This document shows positions 30,251 through 33,031 of a stretch of 33,031 nucleotides of DNA, one piece after another (the stretch's first letter is position 1; the number at the start of each line of letters is the position of its first letter). The translations under genes were made by a program, and so were the position numbers. The DNA is taken from positions 1 to 33,031 of the forward strand of contig CATIYX010000335.1 of assembly GCA_949739095.1 (NCBI GenBank), read 5' to 3'. The DNA is from an uncultured Clostridia bacterium. Lineage in GTDB: Bacteria; Bacillota; Clostridia; RUG12999. Below the pieces are notes generated by a model. The model was given only the letters and a program-made list of their open reading frames with translations. It searched no databases and had not been told where the DNA came from.

Positions 30251-33031
30251 ATGAAAATATTAATGAAGAAATTAGCGATGGGTTTAGCGGCTGTGGTGCT
30301 GTTCTCGTGTTTTCCGGCGACCTATTTTGCCGCACCGGAAGCCCCTACCAGCTTCACCATGATTGGCGACAGCATTACCGTAAGTGAGTATTATAAGCCA
30401 TTAGCAGATGCTGTGGCAGACGCCGGATATAGCTTCAACAGGTTTGCACAGGCAAGTCGAACGGCATTAAAGGATACGGATGTGTCCTATTGGGATACAG
30501 ACTCCTATACGAACAGTTTGAATTCCAAGGCGGACGCCTTTGTCATCATGTTGGGAACGAATGATGCAAATGGTGTGCATCAGGAGGTGCGCAGAAATTT
30601 TTATGAAGACTATAAGGCGCTGGTAATGACGTATCAAGCGCTTGAGACCAATCCCAAAGTTTATCTGTGTCTGCCGTCCTGGACATCAAGGACGGCTGAA
30701 AGTGGTATTACGGCGAATGTGATACAATCGGAAATTATCCCTGAAATTCAGAAAGTGGCAGGAGAACTGAATTGTCAGACGATTGATTTCTATACGCCAA
30801 CAGTAGGACACACAGAGTGGCTGAGTGATGGGCTGCATCCAAATGCTGCCGGTAAAGTGGCAATGTCCAAAATTTTGGCGGAAGGGTTAGGGATAACCGC
30901 CGACATTCCGGACGCGCCGGCAGAACCGGCATTTCAGAGTATTTTATACAATTCCGTAACGGAAGGTGCAGAGAATGCATTTGACAATAACCTGTCCACA
31001 ACGTGGGCAGGAGCGGAACTTCTGATTGATTTCAAAGAGACCCGCAGCTATGATGAAATCGTCATTACTGCGGCACAGCAACCGGGTGCGGAAACAACGC
31101 TTTGGGCTTCAGAGGATGACGGTGCAACTTATACGCCGTTACCATTCAGCGCAAAGACGGAAAGTGGTCGTACCCATTTTGTGCTGGAAGAAGCTACAGC
31201 GTCCTCCATTGTCAAAATTGATTTTGGTGGTACAGTCACTATTCAGGAAGCGGCTGTTTTGAAAAATGGTGCCCATGTCGAGGCGCTGGGCAAGACTGCT
31301 GCTGCATCCAGTAATTATAACACCACGACCTATACCATTGATGCTGCGCTGGACGGCGATACTGATAATACACGCTGGGCGGTAAAAAATACCGATACTG
31401 ATATTTGGTTGTCGGTTGACATGAAATATCCGGTTACTATCAACACCATTCAATTATATGAAAGAAACAATGAGATTGTCGTCGAAAATATGAAACTGGA
31501 ATTTTCTGTGGACGGCAGTACATATCAAGAAGCGGAATTCAATTATACAGATGCCGGAGAAAAGGCAAACCGTCCGGTACATACTTTGACCTTTGCTGAC
31601 ACATCCGTGCGGGCATTTAGGGTGTCATTTCCGGGGGCGGGAACATCCACCTCACTGTTCCAGATTTCTGTCCCACAGATAGAAAAGGGAGAAGCGGAGG
31701 AACCGGAAGAACCAAAAGACACAGATGTTTCGGTGACCGTACCGGAAGCGGACGGATTCAGTATCTTCCATAACACCATCACCGCGGGCGCAGAAGCCGC
31801 GTTTGACGGTGACCTCACAACTAGCTGGACAGGCAGCGAATTGGTACTCAATTTTGAAGAGAGCCGCATCTATAATCAGATAGAATTTGAGGGTTCCAAT
31901 TTAGCGTCCGTGGCGGTATCCTCGTCTGATGACGGTGCAACGTATACGCCGCTGAACGGTACCTTGATAGACGGCAGCGGGAATCAGACTTACCGGTTGG
32001 CGAATGCGGCAACCTCTAAGATAATCAAAATAGAAATGACCGGTGCAGGGGGCGCGAGCCCATCGGTTGCGGAACTTCATGTGCTAAATGGCAGTAAGCT
32101 GGTAGAAGTGTTCGGTAAAACCGCTACAGCTTCAAGTGAAACCAGCAGCAGCTATGGCGCGGCAAATGTGTTTGACGGTTATACAGGTACTGCCAATCAG
32201 GGACGCTGGGCAATCAAAAAAAATGATGCAGATATCTGGCTGCTGGTGGACATGAAAACATCGGTTCTTATCGATTCTCTCGTGTTATATGAAAGAACAG
32301 CTTCGGGCGCTGTTGTGAAAACCGTGACGGAAAACACAACGCTGGAAGTGTCGACAGACGGTGTGTCGTATCAAACGGTGGACCATACGCTCGTAGTAGA
32401 CCCAAGTGCAGAACGCATCAAAACGATGCGTTTTGTGCCGACGAAAATGCGGTATTTTCGACTGCGCTTTCCGGATGCGGACAGCACCTCTGCCACTTTG
32501 TATGAGGTGACAGTGCCAAACATTTTGGCGGAAGAGACGGAACCCACACCCACACCGACAATAACACCCACACCGACAGTAACACCGACGCCCACATCCA
32601 CTCCAACGCCGACGGAAACACCTACACCAACACCAACAGTAACACCCACACCAACGCCGACAGAAATGCCGGAGGACCCGGACGCACCGGAGACGGTGCC
32701 GGAAGCAGATGGATTCAGTGTTTTCCATAACACCGTATCCGACGGGGCGGAAAAACTGTTTGACGGCGACCCCACAACGACCTGGACGGGCAGTGAAGTG
32801 GTGCTCAATTTTGAAGAAAGCCGTATTTATAATCAAATAGAATTGGAGGGTTCTAATGCAACAGCAGTGACGGTGTCCGCGTCCGATGACGGCAAAAATT
32901 ACACGACATTAGATGGTACCTTGATAGACGGAACCGGAAAACAAATCTACCGTTTGAAAAGTGCGGCAACATCTAAGACAGTGAAAATAGAAATGGCGGC
33001 AGCGGACGGTGCGAATCCGACTGTTGCAGAA
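30251..33031 (+). CDS. Secreted SGNH/GDSL hydrolase (candidate carbohydrate O-acyl esterase) fused to iterated discoidin/F5-8-C (CBM32-like) domain pairs and a Pro-Thr linker; 3' end outside the window
   Basis: This ORF is not in the supplied track because frame 2 runs 927 codons from ATG 30251 to the window end without a stop (I translated it by hand). AGGTG lies 10 nt upstream. Signal peptide: MKILMKKLAMGLAAVVLFSCFPATYFA/APE. SGNH blocks: FTMIGDSIT (I), IMLGTNDA (III), DGLHPNAAG (V). These are followed by A/B domain pairs with discoidin hallmarks (A..AFDGD..T.W; ASS...A..DG....RWA......W..VDM; E.S.DG..Y). Confidence 0.88.
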   Translation, partial: MKILMKKLAMGLAAVVLFSCFPATYFAAPEAPTSFTMIGDSITVSEYYKPLADAVADAGYSFNRFAQASRTALKDTDVSYWDTDSYTNSLNSKADAFVIMLGTNDANGVHQEVRRNFYEDYKALVMTYQALETNPKVYLCLPSWTSRTAESGITANVIQSEIIPEIQKVAGELNCQTIDFYTPTVGHTEWLSDGLHPNAAGKVAMSKILAEGLGITADIPDAPAEPAFQSILYNSVTEGAENAFDNNLSTTWAGAELLIDFKETRSYDEIVITAAQQPGAETTLWASEDDGATYTPLPFSAKTESGRTHFVLEEATASSIVKIDFGGTVTIQEAAVLKNGAHVEALGKTAAASSNYNTTTYTIDAALDGDTDNTRWAVKNTDTDIWLSVDMKYPVTINTIQLYERNNEIVVENMKLEFSVDGSTYQEAEFNYTDAGEKANRPVHTLTFADTSVRAFRVSFPGAGTSTSLFQISVPQIEKGEAEEPEEPKDTDVSVTVPEADGFSIFHNTITAGAEAAFDGDLTTSWTGSELVLNFEESRIYNQIEFEGSNLASVAVSSSDDGATYTPLNGTLIDGSGNQTYRLANAATSKIIKIEMTGAGGASPSVAELHVLNGSKLVEVFGKTATASSETSSSYGAANVFDGYTGTANQGRWAIKKNDADIWLLVDMKTSVLIDSLVLYERTASGAVVKTVTENTTLEVSTDGVSYQTVDHTLVVDPSAERIKTMRFVPTKMRYFRLRFPDADSTSATLYEVTVPNILAEETEPTPTPTITPTPTVTPTPTSTPTPTETPTPTPTVTPTPTPTEMPEDPDAPETVPEADGFSVFHNTVSDGAEKLFDGDPTTTWTGSEVVLNFEESRIYNQIELEGSNATAVTVSASDDGKNYTTLDGTLIDGTGKQIYRLKSAATSKTVKIEMAAADGANPTVAE
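31741..32095 (+). repeat. Intragenic repeat copy (discoidin-like 'A' module, copy 2)
   Basis: PEADGFSIFHNTITAGAEAAFDGDLTTSWTGSELVLNFEESRIYNQIEFEGSN... I counted ~80% nucleotide identity to 32698-33031 over the ~145 nt I aligned by eye. Confidence 0.8.
32543..32662 (+). repeat. Low-complexity Pro-Thr linker coding repeat (imperfect ACN-CCN hexamer array)
   Basis: PTPTPTITPTPTVTPTPTSTPTPTETPTPTPTVTPTPTPT, encoded by degenerate ACA/ACG-CCC/CCG/CCA units. Confidence 0.9.
32698..33031 (+). repeat. Intragenic repeat copy (discoidin-like 'A' module, copy 3), truncated by the window end
   Basis: PEADGFSVFHNTVSDGAEKLFDGDPTTTWTGSEVVLNFEESRIYNQIELEGSN...; see 31741-32095. Confidence 0.8.

Noticed and set aside
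32371-32808. Minus-strand ORFs with striking (GV)n / CYCRCGC repeats (32285-32836, 32371-32808, 32418-32621).
   Set aside because: They are the reverse-complement reading of the Pro-Thr linker (ACN-CCN read as GGN-GTN) within the open plus-strand esterase ORF. They are not independent genes.
1-33031. A search for mobile elements, CRISPR arrays, tRNA/rRNA genes, toxin-antitoxin or defence genes, cohesin/dockerin modules and LPXTG sortase signals.
   Set aside because: I saw no transposase, integrase or recombinase motifs, no terminal inverted repeats and no regularly spaced direct repeats. I saw no cloverleaf-like or rRNA-like segments, no dockerin Ca-binding repeats and no LPXTG followed by a hydrophobic tail in any complete ORF. 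This was an inspection by eye, so small elements could have been missed.

Overview
This 33-kb chromosomal segment reads like a Bacillota (Firmicutes) genome. It has strong GGAGG-type RBSs, SLH and copper-amine-oxidase-N-like surface modules, an LplABC-type sugar ABC transporter and lipoprotein solute-binding proteins (SBPs). I saw no rRNA, tRNA, CRISPR, transposase, integrase or phage genes. The content falls into five blocks. (i) nt 1-14502: five co-directional genes for very large secreted proteins. These are a LamG-like repeat protein cut by the window edge, two tandem paralogous right-handed beta-helix proteins (1001 and 1390 aa), and two SLH-domain proteins. (ii) nt 14630-19653: three enzymes without signal peptides, namely GH3, a heparinase II/III-like polysaccharide lyase, and a GH88 unsaturated glucuronyl hydrolase. 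(iii) nt 19891-22395: three membrane proteins of unknown function (DUF4234+SHOCT, YgjV-like, YczE-like) in two transcription units bracketed by hairpin terminators. (iv) nt 22511-30132: a divergent sugar-uptake module with no ATPase. A lipoprotein SBP plus a membrane-anchored YesS/YtdP-like AraC regulator lie on the minus strand; two permeases plus a second, paralogous SBP lie on the plus strand. (v) nt 30251 to the window end: an ORF missing from the supplied track because it has no stop in the window. It encodes a secreted SGNH/GDSL esterase followed by iterated discoidin (F5/8-C, CBM32-like) domain pairs and a Pro-Thr linker. Together this looks like a Gram-positive polysaccharide-utilisation system for an acidic (uronate-containing), probably O-acylated glycan, in which the extracellular depolymerases are unclassified beta-helix proteins. 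Substrate and enzyme class cannot be settled without HMM or structure searches. All family calls rest on motifs read by eye from the translations.
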